A program made the translations under genes and the position numbers. Of a stretch of 64,000 nucleotides of DNA, positions 11,459 to 24,818 are shown piece after piece. Under the pieces are notes generated by a model. That model was not told the DNA's origin. It worked only from the letters and a program-made list of their open reading frames with translations, and searched no databases. Positions within the stretch are counted from its first letter, which is position 1. Every line of letters starts with the position of its first letter. The stretch comes from Hydrurus foetidus (lineage: Eukaryota), in NCBI GenBank assembly GCA_900617105.1, contig UYFQ01000068.1, positions 1-64,000 of the forward strand. The letters run 5' to 3'.

Positions 11459-14400
11459 TTATATCAGTTGACCACCATCATCAGTCCAACCCGCTCTCCA
11501 TTCTCGTGAAAAACCTTGACCCACAGATAATTCAATTTTCGCACTGAACACGTGGTCTACAATTTTTGTCGATTGAAAAAAAAATCACATTCATAAGTAA
11601 TTAAATCAAAAAATTTCGATAAAAAAAGTAAGAGAAAAAAGATAATAGACGATAAAAAGAAAGGCATGACAACGAAATTCATAAAGAGCGGAGGAATTGA
11701 AAAACGACAACGTGCTCAGATTTGAGAAAAAAAGAAAGAAAGACATATCAGGTAAGAGGTAAAATTACGTCATCAAACAAAAAATAGTACATTCAATGTA
11801 ACAGAAATAAAGGGAAGAGTAAGTACTGTACGTTACCTGTTGTGTGGTAGTACGTGTTTTCGCCCAGTCCGTGATATCCTCTCAATCTGTGGATGTAGCC
11901 TGATGTTCATATAAACAAAAAACAATTTCAAAAAATTTCACCATCGAACAGTGATTTATAAAGTACAAGAAATCCTAAAATAAATACAAAATTAAGAGAA
12001 ATGCAAATATAATATAAAAATGTAACATAAAGCAAACGACAAAATTAAATAAAACATTCTATAGCGATATATCAGAGATGTAACACATAAATAATAAAAT
12101 GCGAATGTACGAAACGTGTAGTATCAATAATATTCATGAAATATTTACCTGTAAAAGTTGAAAAGAAAGTCCCAGCGAAATCTTTCGCTCTGGAACAAAC
12201 AATGCTTTCCGCCATACCGTATTGATTTGGATTGGCATCGGGGATTGATTGTAAATAATCATGTAAGAATCTTATCTTCCATCCGAAATCTTCAAACGCC
12301 TTCCAACTCGGCTGTAGAAACATTGTGAAAAATGTAAAAAACGTAAGAAGATAAATAATGAAATAGATCAAATTGATGCAGATGACAGAATAAAATGTAT
12401 AAATTATAAGTTCTCTACAATCTGCAAAACGCACATTTCTGAAAATAACATACAGATATAAGTACGTTCCGTGCACTTACGTCATCGAGACATCCAACCG
12501 GTTTGGGATGTGGGTGTTTTCGACAGTCTTTCCTCTCCGCGTAACAGTTGACACAGATGCCTGTAGAGTCGTCAGATAGTATGAGATAGTATGAGATAAA
12601 CTAGAAAAGATGAGAGAAAAGAAGAGGGAAGGTAATGCAAAAAAGAGAAGAGTTGAGATACAATAGGATAGAATAAAACGAGAAGAGGTGAGATATGAAG
12701 ACATAAAATAAGGTCAGACAAGAAAAGATTCAGTAAGATAAGATGTGACGAAGTTGAAAATAAGGGAGAGTGAGGTAAAATTAATACTGCATCAAACAAA
12801 TAGGTACCTTTCGGGTCGTCTGTTGAGAGGTATACGAGCGAGCCAGGAGGCATGATAGGAGTGCCATCAGGGTTCACTAGATTCTTCAGAATATCAGCAG
12901 CGGATATTTTCACTTCCTAAAGATACAGAAATAATCAAAATTAAATAGTCAAATAATAATGATAATAATGAAAGTATACACTATCAAAAGCATAATAAAA
13001 GAATTTCATAATCTAATCAATGAAGAAGATAAGATGTGATACAATACAGCACTTTATTGTTGTTTTTCATATAGAAATAATAATCATTATTACACTTACT
13101 TTATATTGGAAGTCCCCTCTCCTGATATGCAGTGCGAAATAATCTCCGTTTGGATTGCCGGTTGGATCGAGCGAACGTGCGTCTGCGCGTACGGCGTCTA
13201 CCAGTGTCGCACCGGTACACTGAATTACGTCTGATGATGTAGATAAATAATTACATAAAGAAGATAAATAAACAATTTCGTAGATAAATTTGTAAATAAG
13301 AGAAATAAAAGCATGTGAAAACTCAAAAAATAAATATACGTGATAAAAATACGTAATAAATATACATAATAAATATACATGATAAATACGCGTACCTTTG
13401 TATCTCATGTAATCACGTACAAATCTTCGATAAAAACTCTGCATTTCAGTATCTTCAAAAAAAGCAAAGGCGTAATGATGTTGTAAAATTCGATGTTCTG
13501 CGTGGGCGGGGACGTGTATGTGATGTGCGGCCTCCATTTCAGGCGTGTAGAACATGGGCTCTCTGTGGCCTTTGAAAAGTGCCAGACGTTTTTGTGTTTT
13601 TTCATCGATATTCTCAATTGTCGTGAAATTGGCTGGAGGATTAAATAATTGTGGAGGCATTAAAAACGTTAGGAATGATTCGAAAAACTATTATGTGTTC
13701 AAGAGCGAAAGTACATGAATAAAAGTGATAAGAAATAGCAAAATGTCGAAGTAAAAGAAAGATTCTATCATAAAAAAAAGAGAACGAGGAATAAAAATGT
13801 GTATAAGTATCAGGTGATAATTTGAAATAAATAATCGAAGACAACCCTATTTTATGTACCGTTTTTGGCGGGCATGTAGAAGTAGTGTCCGCTCCATTCC
13901 GGCTTGACATCGGACACCTACGGTAAAAATTGAATATGTGCGATTAGAATTCGTTGATGCGAAAAAAAATAAGACGGAGAAGAAAATGTGGTGCAGAGCA
14001 AGTGACGGGATTGGTGGGTGAATAGTCGTAAAATATACAAACAAGAAAAAGGTAAGATCAAGTAAAAAAAGAGGAGTTATTTTGTTGTTTTAATAAATAG
14101 ATATGTCACACCATTCCAATACATTTATCGGGAAATTTTTCTCACATTTTCCGGTGCTGTATGCATCATTACATCACTATCATCACGTCAATAAAGTACC
14201 TCGTTAAGATATTGCCACAAATCGTTGCCCCACGCGCTTGAAGTATTACCAGGGGGTAGCACACCTTTGAGCCCTCCAGTCACTCCTTCTTTCTCCAAGA
14301 ACTCTTCCATATGCAGCAGGTGAAATCCTTTATGCGATCTTAAAAGATCTTAAATTTGCGAAGTAAAGAGGAAGTAAATTTGTGGATTTAATATGAATTG

Positions 14401-15035
14401 ATTTTGATAAGATATCATTTAAATTGCTAGTGCCTCATGTTATATCAGTACTTCGCTGTTACTAAAATGGCTCACAATCTTGTAGAACATGTCGGTAAAT
14501 TAAACGTGTAAGAAAAGTAGAGAAAAATGACACTGATTGTAGATTATCATGTACGTACAATCGATTGCCATTGCCGTTACGTACGAGTAGCAGTGAAATT
14601 AGTGCAAGTATCGATAAAAAGTCTCAAATAAATCAGATGATGCTTCAAAGAGCGAAACATACAAAGAATAATTTCTTTTCATAATAGTCTTAATTTTGAG
14701 TTTTTTCTCACCTAGATCGAAGAAATCTTCAAATCCCATTTCATCGTGGGCTTCTTTATCCTCTTTGTCTAAATTTTCAAGAAATACGACATACGAAATA
14801 CGAATTGTGAGAAAACACGAATCATATAGTTTACTAATAAAATAATCGGTAAATAGGAAATAAAATAATAATAACAATAAATAAGGAAATAGTGATCGGT
14901 ATATAATTCGAAGTTCTCACAATGCCGGTACAATAATACATAGTACACATTTTCTAGAGCCTTACAAGAAAGCAGTTTTATATAGACCATACTCTATACC
15001 AAATTCAATTGCATGTATACAATAAATCATTCAAA

Positions 15036-15072
<37 letters not shown>

Positions 15073-15223
15073 AAATAAACAAATAAATCATAAACAGTAT
15101 TCGTACCTTTGTGTGCCTGTCCGAGTAAGTAAAGGTGTTGTTGAGGCGGAACGACTAATGTCCGACCAAATGCATGGGCCAGCACGATCATGCATTCAAG
15201 ACCCATACGCACGTTGTTCCATC

Positions 15224-15263
<40 letters not shown>

Positions 15264-17543
15264 GGTGATGGAGTGATATGATGTGGTGTAGTGTAGTGTG
15301 AGGTAGTGTAATGTAGTATAGTATGATGAAATGTGGTGTGGTGTCATGTAGTGAGGTGAGGTGTAGTGTAGCACGGTGTGTTGTGTTGTAATGCAATGAG
15401 ATGAGAAAATGACACATTTCGTCCAACCCATTCTTACTTCCACAATCCACCAACCTAAAATCACTCAAACTAAAATCTCTCGAACAATTTATCCGGTATA
15501 TGTTTACCTTGGTCGTATTCGAATGACACGTAACGGTCGTGATGCTCGCCATGGTGTGGGGTGACGGGACTCTCGTACGTACGGTCACCAGGAACCTATA
15601 CGTTACATTATTGGTATTATTTTTGTTGGTATGTTTAATATTTGTGATTTGCCTGAAGAGGATTATGCTATGTACTTATAATACATGAGACATTCTTTAT
15701 TTCTTAATTCTGACTATCAGTGGATGTAGAATTCAACAGTTTACAATTTATCGTTATTTATGACAGTGTTTTGAATTTATGTTCCGCCTTCTCTGAAGTC
15801 CAACGACTAAAAAAAAATTAAAATTCATTTCAAAAATCATCGAAATCGACAAGATGCACAAAATTCAATTTTAATTAGTAATTACTTTAATCGAAATAGA
15901 GTTAGTTAAGCTAAACTCAACTTACCACTTTCCAGTAAATGATCTCGGAATCTCTTGGCTTACCGTGACACATCAACTTTCCTCTCTCTTCCACTGTGAA
16001 GTAAATAATGAGGTAATGAAGAATCAAATATATGACGCATTAATGTATTTATTAAAAAGAATATTTATATTTTTTCTGAGTTAATCGAAATCAAGACGAA
16101 ACCCAAGAGTAATTTAATTTGATTTTTTTGTAAATTTTTTCTTCTACAGGCATTTTCGTTTCGAATTCCGCTATCACAGCGTCTCCTTTGTCGCCTCTAC
16201 GGTATTAATTTCAGAATATTACACTTTCACAATATTTTTGATCTTTGGTCTTTTTCTCAGATCAACACAATGTTTGCATGCAGCACTGCACACTATCATT
16301 TTATATCGTAGATACTCAAATCATATTCATTTATGTAACACACGATAAATGGAATCAAAACACGTTTTTTTAAAAATGTCTACAGTAAAAGCCGATAAAA
16401 GAGGATAATACATATTCTAATCAGTATGCATTTTAGAAGGCAAAAAAATCACAGATCAAGTTCACATATTTGGATTCGTAACTATAATTAATAACTAAGA
16501 TTCTAGAAACCAAAAATTCTAGTATTTTCGCACGTTACACTTCACTATGATCACCATTTAAAAAGAAAAAGAGAAAGGGAAATAAACAAAATGGATGAAA
16601 AGTGAAGAAAAAAGAATTTTACCTGTTGATTCAACCGTATCAGGAACAACATCGGATTCTGATTTCGTCTTAAGTGTATGCTTTCCTGAATCATCATCTT
16701 CTTTTGAGTTATCATCATCTCCTTTTTCTTTAGACGATTTCTTTTCATCTACTGCTTTTGGTTCTGTTTCTGTTTCTAAAACTGAAATTGGCTCTGGTTC
16801 TTTTTCTGGTTCTTTCTCTGGTTCTTTTTCTTTTTCTGGCTCTCTTTCTGGTTCTTTCTCAGTTTCACTTTCTGGTTCCTTTTCTGGTTCCTTTTCTGGT
16901 TCCTTTTCTGGTTCCTTTTCTGATTCTTTTTCTAATTCTGATTCCGCCTTAGACTCTTTAACTTCATCAGCAGATTCCCTCTGGGGAACTTTCTCCTCTT
17001 CAGTTTCTTTTATTCCTATTTTAAGTGATCCATCTTCTTCTAACTCTGGATAGTCATTACCTCCCAAACTGTGATGGAAATATTTGTTAGCAGAAATCTT
17101 GATGGTCTTTACCGCATTAGAGAATACTTTGGCGCGACCCAATGGTTCTGTGAAAAAAACGGCAGGAATCAGAGTAAATGTATGGGGAGTAAGAGGAAAC
17201 AAGTTCTTTGCAGTCAAGCACACTGGTGGCTACGAGAAGAAAAGGATTGGGATGTAGAGTCTTGGTGAAGAACGCAGAGTCGCTGCAGATAAAGCTACAA
17301 TCAGCAATATTGACTATCTGCACGATGCAAATTGTTATCAGTTTGCTTCCTTGGAGCAATACCAGTTCAAGTTTAAATACCATCGCGAATGGACACTAAC
17401 AACACTCATCATTTTCGAGGTCAATTGGACTCACCTGAAGCCTCATTTTTGATGCTGTGCATCTCATGCTGCACAACAAGTAGAATCGATAGCAGGGTGA
17501 ACAGAAAGACGGCAAACATGGATACATTTTTCAGGGACGCCAT
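11459..17543 (-). CDS. GDP-fucose protein O-fucosyltransferase family protein (multi-exon, type II membrane)
   Basis: N-terminal anchor MASLKNVSMFAVFLFTLLSILLVV, an EKEP-repeat stem, then O-FucT motifs GGWNNVRMGLECMIVLAHAFGRTLVVPP, YFALHIRRGDFQY, VYLSTD and FAGTFFSTFTG. The last exon ends GWTDDGGQLI*. Confidence 0.85.
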
Positions 17544-18758
17544 TCTCAGCTTTTCGTCCGCTTAGATTCAAAGCGCTGGCGGAAGTAGGGAATCTGCCGC
17601 GAGGCAATATGAGCGGCGAATCCAACACAACCCGCAAAAGAGGGAAACGGACTGAGCCACCAAAATCTTCCACTGATTACTGGCGATAATACCTTTGAGA
17701 GCGCCGATGACGAATGACTTCTGTAGCGGGGAGACATTCGACATTCGTTCGTTACACAGCCAATTTTTCGATTTTGTGCCGAATCTATCCGGTACTACCG
17801 TATAGCTCCGGAAAACCGGAGAATCCTGGACCGAATTTTCTCAACGGAAAACGACGCCTTATAATTTGACTGGAATTTCCGATGAAGGCCTTTCTGTCGC
17901 TGTGGTTAATAAATTCTCACTTCGCAATTTAGAGATTACCTGCAACTCCCCTGTTCTGAAAATTGAGAACAGTCTACACTATTTTACTCGGCAATTTCTA
18001 GGTTTGCCCTCAGGTATACAGCATTATTATCAAAGTTCAACAACTAACTTCAGAATCAAACATAAGAATTCTAGTCGCAACCAGATTCATTTTTATTCAT
18101 ACAATTTCAGACACCTCTCTCTTCTAACTGATTGAGAGCGCGATTTTCCTTTTATGGGCAACTATGTATACGGCATGTGTTCACAAAATAATCACGGTGT
18201 TGCTGTTACAGTAATTGACATGCGCTCATATCCAATGCTCTGCTACATAATGCGCTGCAGACTACAGATTACTGAATATTGTTAATTGGACAGTCGAAAA
18301 ACCTAAGTCGGATAGATACTGTCTACAATCTGCGCACGTACTGTATATTATAGTACATATTATACCGTTTAGTGCATTTGATGTTGTGATCACATTGAGT
18401 GATGAAATAAATAATAAATGTGGAGTTGAGTTGAGAGCAGAGACAAGACTTTTTCTAAAAACGATTCATTGCAGAATCCGCAAGACTTCTCACAGCAGAC
18501 TGAAAAACGACTGTGTCAGGTTCAATCATTGCAGAGTTCAGGGTACGAGGAGGAGAGAAATTGCAGCAAATCAAAAAAATAGCGTTTCGCAAATTGTTTG
18601 GGGCGATGACTGGTGACCACATCTCACGACGCGTGAGAATGCTGACGGCCATTTTCACATGCATTGAGTAAAAACCTTTGACAGGACAGGCGTTATTCTC
18701 GCAATTCAGCCTCAGAATCCCATAGAAAAGTTTACTCTCCAGGATAAACTTAGCTACG

Positions 18759-19943
18759 ATGAATATCGTCGATTATGACAGTATGGGATCGAGATATCAG
18801 CAAGGTGGCCGAAGCAGTAGCAGTACAGCCTCTGGTGCTTCCAGTGCAACTCTTATTCAGAGACAGAACGTCAGCTATGTAAGTTACCAGAAGTTGACTC
18901 GGTCACAATTATCGCTTCTGAATTTCTTTCTCCAGCCAGAACAATCTTCTCTCACCGAAATCTGACTGCACCGGTGCACTCTGAAATCGATCGAAGCCGA
19001 AGTACAGAATACTGACCATCACAATCGCTGATGCATGATTTATCCCATAGAAAACGAACGTTAGGATCAATCCTTGGCTGGAAGGTCTTCGCGTTGTTCC
19101 GAACATGGACATTCTGTTCAATCAAAACAGTTGCATCTACTCAGCAGATGAATTGTAAGAACACGACACAGCACATACTCTCTATTCAAAATATTTGAAG
19201 AAAACGACTTTTTTGAACTGAGTAGATGTTGATAGATTTCTATTGCGACAGTTTATCATTTCAATATTTGAAGAGTTTGAAATAACTCTAAGAACTTCGT
19301 AGATCTTGATATGTCTCTATGACAACAGTCTACTACACCATTGTTAGAGTTTATCTTTAAGAGAAGTAAGTTCTTTTTGATCGTTTTTTTTCACGTGATT
19401 TCCCTTTCCGTTATTTCAGAACCCATCAAGCAACTCTACGAAGATTTTACGGAATTCCTCCTATCGAATCTGACATTCCGACCAGAACGTATGTTGAGCC
19501 TGAAGAGAGTTCAGGTACGTCTAGTATCATTATGTGTTTGAGATGCACATTTTTGAAGTGCTTTATTTTGTATCATAGCTTGTGTGCCGGTCTCATGTCA
19601 TGTCAAGTTACATCCATCACTGTCACGTATTTTATTACCATCACTATTTGTATTTTTTCTTATTGTATATTATTAATTATTTATCTGAATCCGTCTACCT
19701 ATCATTTTCACCTTTTTCTCATTTTTAGATTACAGTCCACCACAAATTTCAAATGACATGGCAAGCCAAAGAAACATAAAAGCACATTATAAAAAAATAT
19801 TAGAAAGACAAAAAGTAGTACTTCTTTCTGTGATAACTTCTGATGATAATGCAAATGGAAGTGATGATGAATTTGACGATTATGATTATAATAATCAACA
19901 AGAGGATTCAAATAGGTCATCCACAACTGTTATATCTATTTAA
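18759..19943 (+). other. putative spliced gene or pseudogene of unknown function
   Basis: An ATG-started exon ends at GTAAGT (18879), exon 19051-19153 continues in frame, and further GT-AG-bounded segments follow. I could not build an uninterrupted frame through 19237-19366. Confidence 0.35.
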
Positions 19944-20418
19944 GTACAAAAATAGAAAGAATATTGTACGAATTTTTCTGGTATCATAACATGATGCAGT
20001 ACTCCAACTTAGAACGCGTCTAATTTGTCCAATATTGAAAGAAATAAAAGGATTTCAGATTGCTGGAAATACCTAATATTAAGTGTGATAGAACTGAACA
20101 TCTGTTGAGGTTACTTAGTACGATATTTGGTACATTTAGAGTAGCATTCTTGATGAAATATGTGTGAAGCGTTTTAAAATCAAATTGGGAAGTGTACAAT
20201 ATACGGAAATTGCAATCTTGATATTTTATCATTAATATAGATAAACACTCTGCGCAGAAACTTGAAACTCAACTTGACTTCTTGTTACTCCAACTGTTGA
20301 CGACATTACGACTTAATGGATTTGTCGTAACTTACAGTACAATTACACCGGATAATTAAAACACGCTATGAAGAAGCGAGATTACGGTTATCTTCAGAAA
20401 TCTTTTCAGAGATGAGAT

Positions 20419-20576
20419 CAAGGCTCCTCTTCTATTCCAGGTCCATCATTAATCTGGACCCACCCCTATACACGACAATTACCTGTACCGTACTGAAATC
20501 AGTACGGTACAGGTAATTGTCGTGTATAGGGGTGGGTCCAGATTAAACGTGGATCTGGAGTAAAAGAGGAGCCTTG
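20419..20576. mobile_element. fully palindromic MITE, family P, copy 2
   Basis: Near-perfect 158-bp foldback caaggctcctc...gaggagccttg with a 4-bp direct repeat AGAT on both sides. Confidence 0.9.
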
Positions 20577-20764
20577 AGATCATCAAATAAGAATAAAAAG
20601 TTTTGACTTGTCTTCAACATTATCGAATATTAAATTACATATGACCATAGAGTACTACACAGAAAAATTGTGTCACTGCATACGATTATGCAGCATTTCA
20701 AAATATAACTCGACAAACAAAAAACTACTTCGATTTCAACTAATTTGAAATTTGGCATTTTTGA

Positions 20765-22387
20765 TTATTTTTTAGTCCATCCTTTTTCTTCTGCGAATGC
20801 GAACATTTCTGAAATAGCATCAATTTCAACCGGCTGTAACTCCGGATGCCTGAATAATGACGCACGCAAAAAATAAAAGGTAGTGAGAGGTAAGATGAAA
20901 GTGGCGAGTTTTTGAATGAAGTTTTAAAAGTTCTTCAATATGATAACAGAAATCGCAATTGTGACAGCAATAACACATTCGGAGTACATTTTTCTTCGAA
21001 GAATTCAGCGTAAAAAAATTGATATAAAAAGTAAAACAACACCAGAATTACAATAAAGTTAAGAAAGTAAAAACCCACGTACGTACGTACCAGATATCAA
21101 ACAGCAGAACCACTCTGTCCTCCTCACTGTTATTCCACACTGATAAAAACAGTCACAATAAATAAGAAAATTTTGAAAAGGATATTGGAAAAAACTAGAC
21201 TGAAAAATTTCTTTTTTAAGAAAGAAAAAGAATTAATTTTATTACGAATGTCATGTATTCCGGGGGAAAAGAAGAGAGTTACTATGAGAATCACGAAAAT
21301 GAGCTAGTTATCGTGAAGTGGATTCACGATTACTGGTACAATTTCGTGATTCTCAGAGGTGGGTATCAATACGCTGGGAACGTTTTTTACTTTGACTGAG
21401 GCAGCAGTAGTAACAGTAACATGACAGTAGAGATAAGTGATATCAGCCATGTCAAAATTCAATACTGTCGTAGCATATATGTGCTGCAGTAAAAAGACAA
21501 AACATTGTGCAATACAATTTAATAATACAGTTCAATAATTTATTCGTTCAAATAAAGATAGATAAAGAGCTCACCTCTGTGCTCATAACAATCATCAAAA
21601 AATAAGGGAACTCCTACTTCCCATTTGATAATCTTCCCTCCTACTTCCATACCACAGTCCCCCTCTGGAATAATGAGAGGAAAATGACATCTTATTCTCA
21701 AATTACAAGGACCATAATGCGGATCAATTTTTGATTTCTTTTTCAATGTGCTGAAAAACGCATAGCTAAATGGTGTTCCTGACATTAATTTTGGTTTTTC
21801 TTCTAGGAGTGATTTTAATATCTTAGATGTAGATGGATAATTTATTTGAAATTTTTCTTGTTGTTTTCCTTTTAATATAAAACTATTCCAAACCCATTCC
21901 CCATTGTTTAACTTGTGCTCATCATTGCTCAAAGTATAATCAGATGCGCTGCTACTGTCGTTTCTTTCCTGAACACTTTTATATTCGTCTAATATTACAT
22001 TGAAATTCTCTGTAAGTTTCCTAACGTAACTTTTAAAGACAACTTCATCTTCTTCTCTATCATAAACTGGCTTCGTCCCTAATCCTGGGAAATAGAACAA
22101 AGATGGCGCTGGCCGAGGAAATACTCGTGTTCTGCAACAAATAAGGGAGATGTCAGATCACGAGCAATGGCGACTTTAAAGTTTTATGTTTTGAACGGCA
22201 CTATGATTGTGAAGTTCGTTGGTTCAGCAAATTGAGTTCCTGTTGTCACTCAGGATTTTCGACTCTTACGAAGCCAGCTTTACCGTAATTCACCAATAAT
22301 CAGGAGGTTTCTGAGCACAATCATAACTGTGCTGTAATTACTAAGAATGAGAACTATCTGAAAAAATCGTGGGGTCGAACTTTTCAT
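20765..22387 (-). CDS. aspartyl/asparaginyl beta-hydroxylase family 2OG-Fe(II) dioxygenase (multi-exon; 5' end uncertain)
   Basis: Motifs IDPHYGPCNLRIRCHFPL, WEVGVPLFFDDCYEH, VWNNSEEDRVVLLFDIW and HPEL across GT-AG introns; ends EKGWTKK*. Confidence 0.85.
21282..21358. repeat. intronic ~75-nt foldback hairpin
   Basis: tgagaatcacgaaa...atcgtgaa-gtgga-ttcacgat...tttcgtgattctca; ~33-bp stem with a few mismatches. Confidence 0.85.
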
Positions 22388-22693
22388 CTTGAAGGCACTG
22401 TTATATGCTGGTAATTCTTCGAGCAGATGTTGAAGAGCAGCCAGTAGTCGACTGTTGAATCCAGTCTAGCTATCTAAACTTTGAGCTGCTGTGAGTACTC
22501 TATCTGTTGTCACTTTTAAAATTACCTGCAAACAGCTGATTTAAGGATCGTAGCCAGCTCCATCGACTTAATTTCTACTGTACAAAGACAGACTGAAACT
22601 CCGAAAACAGAAAATAGAGTCGAATGGTGAAGGAATAAGGAAGCTGTAATGAGTAATGAAGCTAGTAAATGCTAAACAATGAAGAATTGAAAG

Positions 22694-23082
22694 TTAAGTG
22701 ACGCCGGGAACTTGTGCACTTGCGGATTGGGTTCTCTGGATCGAAGTCGGATCGGAACCGGTGCGAGCCGCTCCTTTTCAGATCCAAAGTACAAAAGGCT
22801 TGTGTACGAAATTCCTTGCGAAATTTTGAGAGGTAGAGTACAGGACAGAACACAGAGCGGATGTAGATGTAGAACACAATACAACACCTGTTTTCAGTTT
22901 TGTGTGCGCACGCATACTATACGGTTCTGTACACATCCCACTGAGTGTTTGTCGCAAACTTTTCAGTTTGTTGCAACTTGTGGTGCAAGTCTTCGGTGTA
23001 TATACTTAGTGTATTTAGGTTGAATATCATACAGTTTTAACACGTTTTCTTACTGAATCTTTCAAGTTAAAGAGATTTTTTC
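22694..23082 (+). repeat. split direct repeat A1
   Basis: Matches 28730-29117 except for two substitutions and one T-run length difference (by eye). Confidence 0.95.
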
Positions 23083-23087
23083 GAACC

Positions 23088-24818
23088 ATGAGTCTTATTC
23101 CTCTTGTTTTCCCTGGAATTGGCGGCACAGTTAGCGCTATCGCAACTCTCACGAGTCTAGCGAATGATCGGCCACCGACAAACGTGATCAATCATGGTCT
23201 ACCTGAATACGCTATTCTCTCTGATGCAGCAACGGCGTCATTGAACATCATCTCCAGCTTCAGTCATGATGCGTATCAAGGAGAGGGTACACTGCGTCTC
23301 AGCTTCAACGCAGCACTGACGCCATGGCAGGAAATGGATAAGAAGTCAACCTTCCTGCTTCCTGCTACTGCACTACCAGAGGGTATAAACTTGACGTTGG
23401 GATTTCTTGACAATTCTATGGTCCAATTGTGGCAGTTGCGCGGCAAGCCAACTAGCACAACGACGTACGCGATGCTTGTGGGGCTAGCTGGGCACGGACA
23501 TCAGCTGCAGGGAGCTCTCGCGATAGGCAGCAGGATTAGCGTTTCCACACCACCATACTTTCTGTTGGCAATGGAGGATCTAGAGAACGTTGCACTGCAG
23601 CACGCTGCCGCTTGGTCTGCGTCAGAAAGGAAGAGGCTGGAGGAAGCGCGCGATGAGAGCATTGAGAGCGAGCACGTGGAGAAGCGGATCCGACTCGGTG
23701 TGCAGGACGACTTGGGAGTGCACAGCCAAGGTGAGAAGGTGCATGTGAAGGTGTTGATAGATTTAGAGGGTCGACCACATACGACGAGGGTTAAGACGGA
23801 TTTGGCAGAGAGGGAGAAGAACTTGGGTGTGGTGTTCCGAGTGTGCGATGAGAGGAGATGGCAATTCATCATGGGAACTGAGTGTATACTCCAGGTTGAG
23901 GAATATGCTAGGGTGATTAACGAACAGTCTACGCTACAGATTAGCGAACGAGACCCCGGATTCAAATGCTGCGGTCTGCTCGATAGGGTCTATGGTCTGA
24001 GCTTCTCAGTCGACATTCCGTTGCTCAAGAAACTGCTTACCGGCGATTTCGGTGGTCCCCTTGGGGATGCTTTGGACCTACAAAAATTTGCTGGGAGGAC
24101 GGTCAAGATTCCAGTCGAGCTCACACCGTGCACACAGCAGAACAGAGCCCTAGTGGTGGCGATCAAGAACATGGAACTGGTATTCGTGATCTTCTACGGG
24201 TCTGCGTTTCACAAGTCGACCAATCGTTTTGTCGACCTGTTGGAGGGACTCCATCGGCCCCTGGAACTCGCACCGTCCGGATTCCTCCTGTACTCATTGG
24301 AGGTAGCGCTGTCAAAATTCTTTAGGACATTGCGCATGGCTACGACCACGTCTAATAAGACCCTCCGAGATGTCAGCAGTCCAACTGCATGCGCTGCTTA
24401 TTTGAGCGCGGTGCTCAAGGACTTTGTGAGTGCACTCAACACACAAGAAAAACTGAATGAAGCCATGGCGAGGTACCAGCTGCTCGACTATCGAGGTCGT
24501 CTTGGTAATCAAACCAAGGGAGCCGCTGGAGCTTCCAAGACAGAAGCGAAGGCCAAAACGGCACCCTCTCCCGCAAACATTGCAGTGACGAAGGCAGTGT
24601 GCGGGGAACATTTTGCGGGGCAACTGAAGGCACAAGATCCAAAAACGTCACGTACATTCTCCTGTACGTACGGCGACGGTTGTCGATTCGCTCACGATGA
24701 CATCAGCAGATGGACTGAAGACAAGAAGTCGGCGACTGCCGCTACCCTCGCGTACAGGTTCCGCCAGCCTTCATTGGATGCTCTCGGTAAGGTCAAAAAC
24801 GGCAAGACCCGTGTATGA
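23088..24818 (+). CDS. ORF1, gag-like protein with C-terminal CCCH-type zinc finger
   Basis: 576-aa ORF starting right after repeat A1; contains C-x20-C-x5-C-x3-H (CGEH...SCTYGDGCRFAH); gag position in YR retroelements. Confidence 0.75.
   Translation: MSLIPLVFPGIGGTVSAIATLTSLANDRPPTNVINHGLPEYAILSDAATASLNIISSFSHDAYQGEGTLRLSFNAALTPWQEMDKKSTFLLPATALPEGINLTLGFLDNSMVQLWQLRGKPTSTTTYAMLVGLAGHGHQLQGALAIGSRISVSTPPYFLLAMEDLENVALQHAAAWSASERKRLEEARDESIESEHVEKRIRLGVQDDLGVHSQGEKVHVKVLIDLEGRPHTTRVKTDLAEREKNLGVVFRVCDERRWQFIMGTECILQVEEYARVINEQSTLQISERDPGFKCCGLLDRVYGLSFSVDIPLLKKLLTGDFGGPLGDALDLQKFAGRTVKIPVELTPCTQQNRALVVAIKNMELVFVIFYGSAFHKSTNRFVDLLEGLHRPLELAPSGFLLYSLEVALSKFFRTLRMATTTSNKTLRDVSSPTACAAYLSAVLKDFVSALNTQEKLNEAMARYQLLDYRGRLGNQTKGAAGASKTEAKAKTAPSPANIAVTKAVCGEHFAGQLKAQDPKTSRTFSCTYGDGCRFAHDDISRWTEDKKSATAATLAYRFRQPSLDALGKVKNGKTRV

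Noticed and set aside
17806..17821. Small perfect hairpin ctccgg-aaaa-ccggag between divergent genes
   Set aside because: A 6-bp stem is expected by chance in 64 kb.
24816..24818. Selenocysteine reading of the in-frame TGA
   Set aside because: It lies in a basic linker between gag and RT, not at a redox Cys position; I saw no SECIS, and the CUA context fits leaky termination better.
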